From assembly GCA_965240325.2 (NCBI GenBank), contig OZ251224.1:2294001-2358000 (forward strand): a DNA stretch of 64,000 nucleotides, read 5' to 3'. Positions 1-14,833 of the stretch are shown here, piece after piece. A program made the position numbers and the translations under genes. Source of the DNA: Rebecca billardiae RCC1528. Lineage: Eukaryota; Protista; Haptophyta. The notes under the pieces were generated by a model that was not told the origin of the DNA, did no database searches, and was given only the letters and a program-made list of their open reading frames with translations. Position 1 is the first letter of the stretch; every line of letters begins with the position of its first letter.

Positions 1-708
1 AGCGTCAGCTCCGGCGCGCGCGTCATTGTGTAGGTTGCGGTTCACATCGCATACTTGACAACAACTTTGAGCGGCGTGCTGGCGTGCGCCGTGGGCTGCG
101 CATGCCGGCGCACATCAGCTACTCGATGCGTGACTGCGCCCTCGTCATGCGTGACTGCGCCCTCGTCCAGAACGCCATCGTCGCCCGCCACTGTGCTGCC
201 GCTGCTGACGTCCTCTCGGCAGACTCGGTCAGCAGTGAGACAGCACGGCCTAGTCGTATAGTACTGACTACTGCGCGCACGGCACGCGGCCTGCACGACA
301 TAGGCCATATGAGTGTCAGACTGGGCACCAGTCCTCGGTGAAACCGTTCCACAGGAGTCGCGGGTAAGTTTCCGCGCATCTACCCGTACGTATACTGGCC
401 CGCGGTGCAGGGCGGAGCGCGTAGCGTGGAGCCCCGCCGGGGGCCCTCACTACGTTGTCAAAAAGATCTTTTGATCAAAGAAAAGGGGACGGGGGACGAT
501 TTTGAGGGCTGTTGGAGGGTGAGTTTTCGCTTTTTCGAGGGGTACATTGGCCCATTGCTTTGCATTAGCAAGACTCGATTGACGAAATAGCCGCGCCCGC
601 TCCAATTCCGTATCTACGGACGGACGTGAGCCTGTGGACGTGCATTTGTCAGTATATCTGGGTGAACGAATCTGCGATTTGTTGTAAATCTTCATACGAC
701 CATAATGT

Positions 709-948
709 TGCCAAATAGGACGATGACCCAAGCGCGTGCGATGGAGGTCCTGGGCTCCTGGCAAAAAGTCTCGTCAAGTACTCAACTTTACTAACGACGA
801 ACCTTTGCGCGCTGCCAAATTACTCAACTTTACTAACGACGAACCTTTGCGCGCTGCCAAATGGGACGAGACCCAAGCGTAGTGATGCATGGAGGTCCTA
901 CCAAAAATCCGTCAAGTACTCAACTTTACTGACGACGAACCTTTGCGC
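709..948. repeat. Nested tandem duplication inside element copy 1
   Basis: Exact 42-bp unit TACTCAACTTTACTAACGACGAACCTTTGCGCGCTGCCAAAT at 779-820 and 821-862; a diverged ~100-bp duplication covers 709-810 vs 855-948. Confidence 0.85.
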
Positions 949-1079
949 TCCCGGCGAGTATGATGCGTCGCATCCGATTACCGATTGGCCGAGTCTGAAC
1001 TATGACGAACGGCACCCGGTATTGGATGGCGGCCCGAGGGCCGAGGCCGAACGCAGCAGGTTTTTTACCCGGGCGCGGG

Positions 1080-1900
1080 CCCTGCCCGCGCGGGCGCGTT
1101 CGTCCTCGAGGAGGAGCGCGCAAGGGCGAGCCGAGTCCGGAGCACTACGCGTAAGCTCGTTCGTTGCTAGAGGAGGAGCGCGCCGCGAGCACGCAACGGA
1201 TGCGCCCGGAGCTAGCGCGGCTGAAGGGCGAGCTCGAGCACGCGAGCTCGCTCCTCGTGACGTCGAGCGCGAGCTCCTCCTTAGCAACTCGGTCGACGGC
1301 GGCGTGGAGGTGCAGCAGCGTGAGGACAAGCAGGAGCAGTGACAGTCGTGGAACGCGCGCCGGTTCCCGTTCGGTCGCGCAGCCGGGCGCCCAGCTGACT
1401 CGGGCCGTGCATCGGAGCACGTGCGCGCGCAGGCGCTGGGCGCCGAGCTGGCCCGGAAGCGCGGCGCCGAGCTCGACGCGCTGCGCCGTGCGCGACGCGG
1501 CGACGGACGCGCTGGCTGGGCGCGCGCGGCGCCCTCGTCGCGACGCCCCGTGCAGCAGCTCGAGCAGCCAGCTGTGGAGTAGACGGCCGTCGACTCGAGG
1601 GCGCCACCGCGCCGGGTGAGTGAGCACGCACGGGCTCAGCCTCGGTCGGCTGGCTGGCCGCCGCTGCTTCGAGGCCGACGCGGCGGAGGAGGCGGCGGGC
1701 GAGCACGCTGCACGGTGGCGCGGTGGAGCAGGCGCGCACGCGCGGCGGCAGGCGCGACCCGCCGCTCGCCTCGTTCCACCCCGAGCTCCGCGCTCGGTCT
1801 CGCCTCTCGGTGCGCGGCTGCGCAGCGCCGTGAGTGAGCGCACGGGCCCGGGGGGCGGGGCCGCAGCAGTGGCGCGCGCTCTCGCTCTGCCGGCACGAGG
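1080..1900 (+). pseudogene. Captured, disrupted coiled-coil gene fragment (element cargo)
   Basis: Reads MRPELARLKGELEHASS...ERELLLSNSVDGGVEVQQRE across frameshifts; homologous to ~29100-30070 in element copy 2, with different indels. Confidence 0.5.
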
Positions 1901-2170
1901 CGCAACGGAGGGTGCACCGCGGGCCTCTAACTACGTTGGTTCTACGGAAGGACCGCGGAACGCGGTCATATATACTGTATAATCAGTGATGACGCCATAT
2001 GAGTGACCTAATTCACAAACTTGTCGATGCGATGATGCATGACTATTGACTCGGATGCCATCAAGTACTGCGGCGCCCTACTAGCTGCTACGCTACGGAT
2101 GACCTCGAATGTGATGACTAGTCAATGCGCGCATAGGTGTGTTTTCCGATGATGCTTGTGCTCGTTCAGG

Positions 2171-3394
2171 TCACACGCGATCAGCAGGCTTGACAGTTGT
2201 GGTCGGTGTGGCAGGACCGCGGCCCGGCTGCAGGTGCTCATCGAGGAAGGCCTCGGCTAAGGCCCACATCTTGGGGGTGTCCTGGTGGGCGACCCCAGGC
2301 TCGAGGAACAGCCGGATGTTGCGCTCTGCTCCATAGGCCGCGTACTCGCGCGCAGCGACTTCGTACGCTGCTCGCACGCCCTTTGCGGGGCATCGCGGGT
2401 CGTCCGCGCCGTTCAGGATCAGCAGCGGCCGCGGCGCAATGGCAGCGAGCGTCTCCTCCGCGTCGAATTCGGTGGCCAGGCCGGGCACGATCCTGTCCCA
2501 GACGGCGCGTACCACATCGGTGGTCACCGGTGCACTGTCCACACCGCCGCCGTACTGCGCGCGCGCGAGCTCGGACGCGGCGTGCACGAACACGGACGGC
2601 CGCGCGCCCGCCCCGCCCAGGGAGTCGACGCGCGGTCCCCATGCGGCGTGCTCGAGCGCCCAGCCAAACGACTGCACGCCGATCATCGGGGCGAGGGCGG
2701 CGATGCGCTCGTCTGCGGCCGCGACCAGCCAGGCGTGCATGCCACCGAGCGACACGCCCGTGATGCCGATGCGCGCGCTATCCACGTCCTCCCTCGTGCA
2801 CAGGTAGTCGAGCACGAGCCGAAGGTCGTGCACCGTGTCAAAGAGGAACGGTCGCTCTGCGCGCGCGTATCGCTTCGAGCGCGCGTCGTGCCACGAGCGC
2901 TCCAGCGCCTCGTAGTACGCGGCGAGCTGCTTCTGCTTCCCACCAGGCGCGCCGCGCTCGCCGTGATACCGCGAGTCCACGCCCACCGCCACGTAGCCGC
3001 GGGCGGCGAGGCGCTCGAGCGGCTCGCGGAAGCGCGGCTCGTCTTTGCTGGTGCCGGTGGAGTGCAGCACGATGGCCACGGGGAACCGTGTCGAGGGCTG
3101 GCCTCGCTGCGCCGGCGGGCAGGCGATAAGAAGCGGAGCCTCGTGCTGCGGGACCTCGGGAGCGAAGCACTGACACGCCCCCTGAGCGGGCTCAACCGGC
3201 ACGTACAGTCGCTCCGTGCGGATCCCAGCAGCAGTCAGCTCCTCGCCGCCGAGGCGCACACTCGCGCTGCGCGCAGGCCGCGTGCGTGCCGTCGCTGCGG
3301 CGAGCCTCCGCCGCCGAGCGCGCATCTCGGCGGTGGCTGGGGCGCGCACGGCGCCCCCCTTCACGTGCACCTGCGTCGACGCCGCGCATCCCAT
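2171..3394 (-). CDS. Alpha/beta-hydrolase (esterase), probably N-acylated; likely one in-frame intron near 3270-3350
   Basis: GITGVSLGG nucleophile elbow, ILNGADDPRCP (Asp), EPGVAH (His), DSRYHGER motif; start taken at MGCAAS (3394). Confidence 0.85.
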   Translation of the reverse strand: MGCAASTQVHVKGGAVRAPATAEMRARRRRLAAATARTRPARSASVRLGGEELTAAGIRTERLYVPVEPAQGACQCFAPEVPQHEAPLLIACPPAQRGQPSTRFPVAIVLHSTGTSKDEPRFREPLERLAARGYVAVGVDSRYHGERGAPGGKQKQLAAYYEALERSWHDARSKRYARAERPFLFDTVHDLRLVLDYLCTREDVDSARIGITGVSLGGMHAWLVAAADERIAALAPMIGVQSFGWALEHAAWGPRVDSLGGAGARPSVFVHAASELARAQYGGGVDSAPVTTDVVRAVWDRIVPGLATEFDAEETLAAIAPRPLLILNGADDPRCPAKGVRAAYEVAAREYAAYGAERNIRLFLEPGVAHQDTPKMWALAEAFLDEHLQPGRGPATPTTTVKPADRV

Positions 3395-3635
3395 CCGAGC
3401 ACGCTTGCAAATGAGCGCAGCCACCCTGATCATGAACGGCGGATCATGAACGAACCAGTCGGGTCGATCTCGACTTTGAACGTCCGGACCTCGTCGTGTT
3501 GCGCCGGAATTCCGGAGCATGGGCGCGCTACTTTAGCTACTTTCTATCGTCAGCATGTCCGTCATTCGCTGAGCACTCAGAGGGACGCTCACGTGCGGTC
3601 GGAGCGCCGTGGTGTGCAAGCGCTGGACGCAGCCT

Positions 3636-4271
3636 TCAGTGGGCTCCACAGCCGTGGGTCACCTGCGGCACCTCATGTTCCAGACCCGCATCACGCAGCG
3701 CGTTGAGGAGCATCAAGATGTTCTTGGCATTCTGGCCGGCATCGCCGAGGGCCCCCGCGATATTCGAGATGGAGAAGAAGTCCACGGGAGTCCTTCCGCT
3801 CTTCGTGGCGCCCACCTTCACGTTGACAGTGTCCTTGAAGTGGTAAGCGCCCACTGTCTTGTGGATCGCCTGACAAAGGAACTGGTCCGTCGTCTCCGTG
3901 GCCTGTCGCAAATCGCGGCATCCGCCCTTGTTGAGCTGGAAAAAGTCGCCCCATGTGGTGGCTGGCTCGTACCCGCTGTCAGGCCCACCCTTCGCAAGCT
4001 CCGCCGTGATCTTCTGGCCCACCATGTCCGCATCGGTCGCGAAGGTGATGCGCATCGCGCAACACGCGTTCCCACACGACCCGAGATCCTTTCGTGAGCA
4101 GTCCGGGTCGCTCGTGGGCTTCAGCCCGCACGTGCCAGCCGCGGAGCCGCTGGCTTCGACCGCAGCTGCGGACGTCGGCGAGCTCAGCGTGCTGATCGCG
4201 CCCACGAGCAGCAAGATGGTGACCAGGACTCCGGTGGCCATGCCCGGCCCCGAATTGCCTGCGGGCGCCAT
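3636..4271 (-). CDS. Secreted Cys-rich protein of unknown function (weak DUF1499-like C-terminus)
   Basis: Hydrophobic signal (VLVTILLLVGA), DPDCSRKDLGSCGNACC, C-terminal GALGDAGQNAKNI; normal codon and amino-acid composition unlike the shadow frames. Confidence 0.75.
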   Translation of the reverse strand: MAPAGNSGPGMATGVLVTILLLVGAISTLSSPTSAAAVEASGSAAGTCGLKPTSDPDCSRKDLGSCGNACCAMRITFATDADMVGQKITAELAKGGPDSGYEPATTWGDFFQLNKGGCRDLRQATETTDQFLCQAIHKTVGAYHFKDTVNVKVGATKSGRTPVDFFSISNIAGALGDAGQNAKNILMLLNALRDAGLEHEVPQVTHGCGAH

Positions 4272-4378
4272 GCTGCAGGGCGGGCGTCAGCGCTCCCGCC
4301 CGGTGCAGTGCGTGTGCGTGAGCGTGAGTGCGTCCGACCACCCTGGTCCCCCACCGCCGGCTCCCACGCAGTCCCAAG

Positions 4379-5515
4379 ATGGTGGCCGCCTCCGGCGGGC
4401 GCACGCTGCCGGCCTGGGCTGCCGTCGTGCTCGCCAGTGCTCGGCAGGCGTACTCGACGCTGGCGGCTGGCTCCACAGCGGATGTCTCTGCGCCCGCGCT
4501 CGAACGTGCGCTGCATCGGATGGTGCCAACCCTCGGCGGCCGGCGTTACAAAGGGCAATCTGGCAAAGTCGGCGTCGTCGGCGGCTCGCTCGAGTACACG
4601 GGGGCGCCGTTCTACGCGGCCATGTCGGCGCTCAAGCTCGGCGCCGATCTGAGCCACGTGTTCTGCGACGTGCAGGCGGGCACCGCCATCAAGTCGTACT
4701 CGCCAGAGCTCATCGTGCACCCGGTGCTGCGCAGCGCGGGTGTGGAAGGGGGCGCAAGCGATGCGGGGGCGTGCGCACCGGATGTGGCGGGCTCGGGCGA
4801 GCCCGCGGACGAGGTGATCCGCTGGTTCCGCGCGCTCGATGCGCTGGTCGTCGGCCCCGGGCTCGGCCGCGACCCGCGGCTCCTCGCGAGCTGCGCGCTC
4901 GTCCTGCGCGCCGCGGCGGCGCACGGGCTGCCGACGGTGGTGGACGCCGACGGCCTGCGGCTCGTGCTCGACGAGCCGGAGATCCTGCGCGCGGAGAAGG
5001 CGGTGTTCGTGCTCACGCCGAACCGCGCGGAGCTCGAGCGCATGTACGACCGCCTCGTCCCCGCCGATCAGCGCGGCGCGGCGGAGGGCGACCTGGACTC
5101 GGACACGCGCATGCGCGTGCGCGAGCTGTGCGCTCGGCTTGGCCCGAACGTGACGCTGGTCGCCAAGGGCACGGTCGACCTGATCTTCGACGGCAGCGCG
5201 CTGCTCGAGGTGCGCGCCGCGGGCGCGCCAAAGCGGTCGGGCGGGCAGGGCGACGTGCTCGCCGGCGCGCTCGCCACCATGCTCGCGTGGGGGCGCCAGT
5301 ATGAGTCGGAGTGCGCGGCGGAGGGTGGCGAGCGCCCGCCCACCGCAACGGTGAGCGCGCCCGCGCTCGCCTCGTACGGGGCCTGCATGCTCACGCGCCG
5401 GTTCGCGCGTGCGGCCTACGCGGAGCATCGGCGGTCGATGACGGCCCCGGATCTGATCGCGACGATCGGGCCCGTCTTCGAGGAGTGGCATCCCGCACCA
5501 GAGCTCGACGACTGA
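4379..5515 (+). CDS. NAXD: ATP-dependent (S)-NAD(P)H-hydrate dehydratase
   Basis: KGQSGKVGVVGGSLEYTGAPFYAA, AIKSYSPELIVHP, VVGPGLGR, VVDADGL, LTPNRAE, KRSGGQGDVLAG. Confidence 0.95.
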   Translation: MVAASGGRTLPAWAAVVLASARQAYSTLAAGSTADVSAPALERALHRMVPTLGGRRYKGQSGKVGVVGGSLEYTGAPFYAAMSALKLGADLSHVFCDVQAGTAIKSYSPELIVHPVLRSAGVEGGASDAGACAPDVAGSGEPADEVIRWFRALDALVVGPGLGRDPRLLASCALVLRAAAAHGLPTVVDADGLRLVLDEPEILRAEKAVFVLTPNRAELERMYDRLVPADQRGAAEGDLDSDTRMRVRELCARLGPNVTLVAKGTVDLIFDGSALLEVRAAGAPKRSGGQGDVLAGALATMLAWGRQYESECAAEGGERPPTATVSAPALASYGACMLTRRFARAAYAEHRRSMTAPDLIATIGPVFEEWHPAPELDD

Positions 5516-5946
5516 AGACCAGTCGCGGAGTAGACCTGCCCGGCGTGGGCATCCCTGCGCTGATGCCCAGCATGAGCCTGAGGCAGTGAGGGCTGAGGGC
5601 AGCAGGCAACAGCTCGTAGTCGTAACTCACGCCAGCTAGAGTCTCACGACAGTCGTAGAGCATCACGACTGCTGAATGAAGAGAAATAACCTTGCGCGCA
5701 TGATGCGCCGCGGGCGTACCGTCGAGTCCGTCGATAACTCGATCTAACGCACTCAATACTCATGACGCTCCGATCGTTCATCAGCAACATCAGCAAGATC
5801 GATATAGTCGCGTCGTATAGCAGTGTTCAGCATACGGACTGTAGTAAGACGACAACTATGCTGATAGTCGTGCATGTAGTGCTGCTGACGATGATTATTG
5901 GCGCGGCGGTCGTCGCGCATCTTGCGCCGCTCAAAACTTGCGCGCC

Positions 5947-10868
<4,922 letters not shown>

Positions 10869-11180
10869 TCAGAAAGGTGAGAAAGCAGGGGAGACAACAA
10901 AGCGGCGTGCTCGACGGCAGCCGCAGACTCGCAAGTTCGCCGAAAAAAACACGCAGACGGGTCACGGGCTGCCGGTTCCTGATCATGATGCCGGCCTTTA
11001 TTCCGAGAGAGTGGTGCTGCTGTGTTGACGGCTACTAGTGCGTACCGCAGACTGCTTGTGACAGCGAGCGGCAGCGTCCGTCACAGCTGGTCCACACCAG
11101 CCTCGTCGTCGCTTCAGCTGCTTGCCGGGCTGGTTTGCCACGTCGGAGCCGCGGATCACCGAGGCTACTCCGCTCACGAC

Positions 11181-11945
11181 TCACGCACGGCCGACGAAAG
11201 GCATCTTAGTGGCCATGATCGTCATGCGCAGAACGTTCGACTCTGGCGGCAGCGTCGCCATGAACACCACCGCATCAGCCACGTCCTCGACGGGCATCGT
11301 CGGCTCGACCTTGACCGATCCGTCCGCCTGCGGGATTCCCGCGCGCATGGCGGCCGCCATGTCCGTGTTGGCGTTGCCAATGTCGATCTGGCCGCAGGCG
11401 ATGTCGAACGCGCGTCCGTCGAGCGCGCACGACTTGGTCAGGCCAGTGATCGCGTGCTTCGTCAGCGTGTATGGCGCGGTGTTCGGGCGAGGCGTCTCGG
11501 AGGAGATGCTTCCATTGTTGATGATCCGCCCCCCCATAGGCGTCTGCTTCTTCATCATCCGGAAGGCGTGCTGCGTGCACAGGAACGTGCCTGTCACGTT
11601 CACGTCGCAGCAGGTGCGCCACTGCTCGTAGGTGAGGTCCTCGATCGGCATCATGGGCGTACCCGCACCTGCGTTGTTGAAGAGGATATCCAGCCGCTTG
11701 AAGCGCTCCTCTACCGCGCTGAAGAGGCGGTTCACCGCCTCCGGCTGCGTCACGTCGGTCTCGCACACGAGCGCTGACGCGCCCAGCGCCTCGATGGCCG
11801 CCGCGGTCTCCTCGAGCTTCGCGACGCGTCGGCCCGCGAGCGCAACGTGGCAGCCCTCGCGAGCAAGCGCCAACGCCGCCGCCCGTCCGATGCCCACGCC
11901 CGCGCCCGTCACCACGGCGACCTTGTCAGCGAGGCGCTTCGCCAT
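11181..11945 (-). CDS. Classical short-chain dehydrogenase/reductase, intronless
   Basis: [23 protein letters not shown] catalytic motif, [10 protein letters not shown]. Confidence 0.95.
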   Translation of the reverse strand: MAKRLADKVAVVTGAGVGIGRAAALALAREGCHVALAGRRVAKLEETAAAIEALGASALVCETDVTQPEAVNRLFSAVEERFKRLDILFNNAGAGTPMMPIEDLTYEQWRTCCDVNVTGTFLCTQHAFRMMKKQTPMGGRIINNGSISSETPRPNTAPYTLTKHAITGLTKSCALDGRAFDIACGQIDIGNANTDMAAAMRAGIPQADGSVKVEPTMPVEDVADAVVFMATLPPESNVLRMTIMATKMPFVGRA

Positions 11946-14833
11946 CCTGCCGTGAATCGGTGAATGACACGCGGTCGCGGACGGTTGATGAGACGAGATG
12001 AGTATGACCGAGCGACCGTCCGGAAGACAGCGACCTACAGGGTCCCCAACAATTGTTCGGACACTGATTTTTGCTGACTACGGCTGCTAACGATGAGATG
12101 GGCCAGAGGCTCGCATGAGCGCCATGGACCTTACTCCTCGGATGACGACAGGGTGTGGGTGCAGCGAGCGGCGCGCTCAGCGTGTGGCCAGGGCTGGCTT
12201 GGATGTACAGCTCAACCGACTAGCGGTTGGCTCTGAACAGGTCCACGGAGCCCCCGCGGGTGGCATGCCTGCTAAAATTCGTATCTGGCGCACGGTTGCA
12301 TTTGGCGGCGGGCGGGTTGGTGCGCGCACTGGTGGGTCTCCAGCGTTCGCTGCGGGTAGTGGCGCCGACTGTAGCCCTTGCCTGCACGGCCAGAGCCGAT
12401 CGATGGGCTGTGCAGCAGCTGTGCAAGCGAGGTGCGCAACTGGTAGGCTGGTCCGATCGAGCCGTATATACTCCTGGTGTAGCGCTACGTCCGGGCTTGC
12501 CCAGGGCTGTCGAGCGCATGCCGCATAGTCATCGACCATGCCACGTAATAATATCTGCGCGGCCTTGAGCGGGCTTGCTGGCTACAGACATGCGCAGAAG
12601 CCACACGGCTGCTTCACGGCCCTCACGACCAGCCTTGTGCCGACTGTCCGCATGACCCAGAGGGGTGCTCCACGCGGGCTGCCCGGCTATGCGCGGTCGC
12701 AGACAGACCTAGTGGGGTGCACACGAGCCGAGCTGGCCGCTCCTGACCCCGCGCGAGGCAGCCACAGGCCGTACGCTGAGCTGCTGCCCAAAGTGTCCAG
12801 TTTAATGTTGGAGACCCTGTAGTTCCTGTGACACACTATATATAAAACTCTGCCCTGGCGGGCGGGGGGGTCGGCGGGCCGTGCCAGTGCTGTCGCAATA
12901 TTTCCCCAGCGGGTTCGCGCTGCTTTTATTTAGCGGTTTGACGGGCAGGATGACGAATACTACAATGCGACACACAGATGATGGTGAGCTACCTGACTCA
13001 CTGACGAATAATAACGCGACAGATGACTCTGGTGATCTCACCGACAGTGTGATTGCGCGTGTATTCGTGCACCCACTCGGCGCTACTCGTCATCCCGGGT
13101 GCCGACAGCCGAGCCGTCGACTGTGCGCACGCACTGGCCAATAACTGATTGGCGTGCGACGGCGGCTTGCTTGTGACGCCTGACGGTGACGGTTCAATGT
13201 CCTCGGAGCTAAACAGTGGTGGCGGAGTGTGATGTCATGTTTCATTTGTTTAGGTCGTCTGGAAGTGCGGTGCGCGCGCGCGCAGTGCGAGAGCGTGTGC
13301 CACTCGCGATCGAGGGTGCCGGCACGCGCTGCTCGAGCAGGCACAGGAAGCGCAGCGCATGTGCCACTGGCTTCACGACGTCGGCCTCGTCCCGCAGCGC
13401 TCGTGACATGGTGGAGGATGGGGCGACAATGTTGCACGCTCGGCGTTTCAGCTCGTCGCGGATGCGCCTCTGGGATCGGTCAATCGGTCATAGCGCTGTG
13501 CGACGAGGGCCGCCGACTCGCCAAGACGCGGTTCCTTCCACGGCTGCAAACCCGGGAGGTGCGTGCGGTGCGCGTCGTACGCCGCTTTGCGCTGCCCCTC
13601 CGTCGCATTGGTCACCGTCGGCGCCATGCAGGCCGGACGTGGGCCCTCGAGCGCCGAGCGATCTTTGGCCGCGAGCTCGCGAGCGCGAAACATGATCGCC
13701 CGCGCTGGAACACCACCGATCGTAGCAAACGGATTTGCATGCGCCCGACCTTGCTGACCACTGGACCGGGGCACGCGACAGTCCGGTGTGTGGATTCCGG
13801 TTATGGTGTTCAGAAGGCCGCGCCAAATCTTGCGTCGCGTGCGATGGCGCTTCCCGCCCGCGAGACGCCTCGTGATGAGGGCCGTTCCGCACCGAGCCCG
13901 ACGCGCGACGGTGAATCGAGCGAGGCGGCCATCGTGCGCAGCGCTTGATGCTATGGCCGGTGCGAGCTTTCGACGTGCACGTCAGGCGAGGATCGCCCCA
14001 GGTCGCACGATCGTGTCGACGCGCCGAGCGTACCGCTCCAAACGCGTCGATTTAGCCCCCGTTCGACCTGCACGCGAGACGACGAGGGCAGCAATCGCGA
14101 ATCGGGCGAAAACACCCCTCGGGAGTCTTCTCACGATGTCCGCTCCGGCGTTGGATTCGGCGCGCGCGGCCCACGCGCTCCGCGCCATCCAGGACTCTCT
14201 TTCGGCCGAGCGTCCCCAGTGGGAGCTGCGAGGGCGCCCGGTAGTGAGCGAAGCGACCCGGCAGTGAGCGAGGCGATTTTCTTTTCTTTGCGAGGCGATT
14301 TTCTTTTTTCCTTTTCTTTTTCTTATCCTTTTCCCGGGCACTACAAGGGGCGGACCTACGGCCCGCCATAGTTCTGTGCAGTACTCAGTAGTGTCTCAAG
14401 TAAGTGTTATCAGCACTGACAGTCTGACTGAGTGCAGCTAGCCTGCTCGTGCTACATGCTACTCTCATCGACTGTCTCATGATACATGAAGTATCGAGTC
14501 GCAGCCGAGCAGCGACCGTCATACCGAGTTACTAGTAGTAGTGCGCGTGCCGACCGCCATGTGACGCCCATGTAAAGTTGCGTCGTGGGCGCGGCCCGCG
14601 CTCCGACGGCCTGTCCGACTCGCGGTCTCGGTGACGAGGGCCGAGGGTGAGGTGCGATTGAAATTGCCACCCGGCATCGGCGGTCGGTCCTGGCCCCGGC
14701 AAATCGGCCGGGGCACGGCACCACCGTCCGCCACGGTCGGGCGCCCACCACGGTCGGGCGCGCGGGCTCGGGCGCGCGTGCGGCGTCGCAGCACCGGCCG
14801 CCGAGCCATCGCAGGCCTACTACATGAGCAGGC

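Larger units (their letters stand above)
396..1968 (+). mobile_element. Non-autonomous Helentron/Helitron2-like element, copy 1
   Basis: Starts TGGCCCGCGGTGCA (396-409). Its inverted copy TGCACCGCGGGCC is subterminal (1913-1925) and is followed by the hairpin GACCGCG-GAA-CGCGGTC (1951-1967). The same two ends recur at 28668-30397 (+) and 47926-49861 (-). Confidence 0.7.

Noticed and set aside
127-168. 21-bp tandem duplication ATGCGTGACTGCGCCCTCGTC
   Set aside because: Isolated two-copy slippage with no supporting context.
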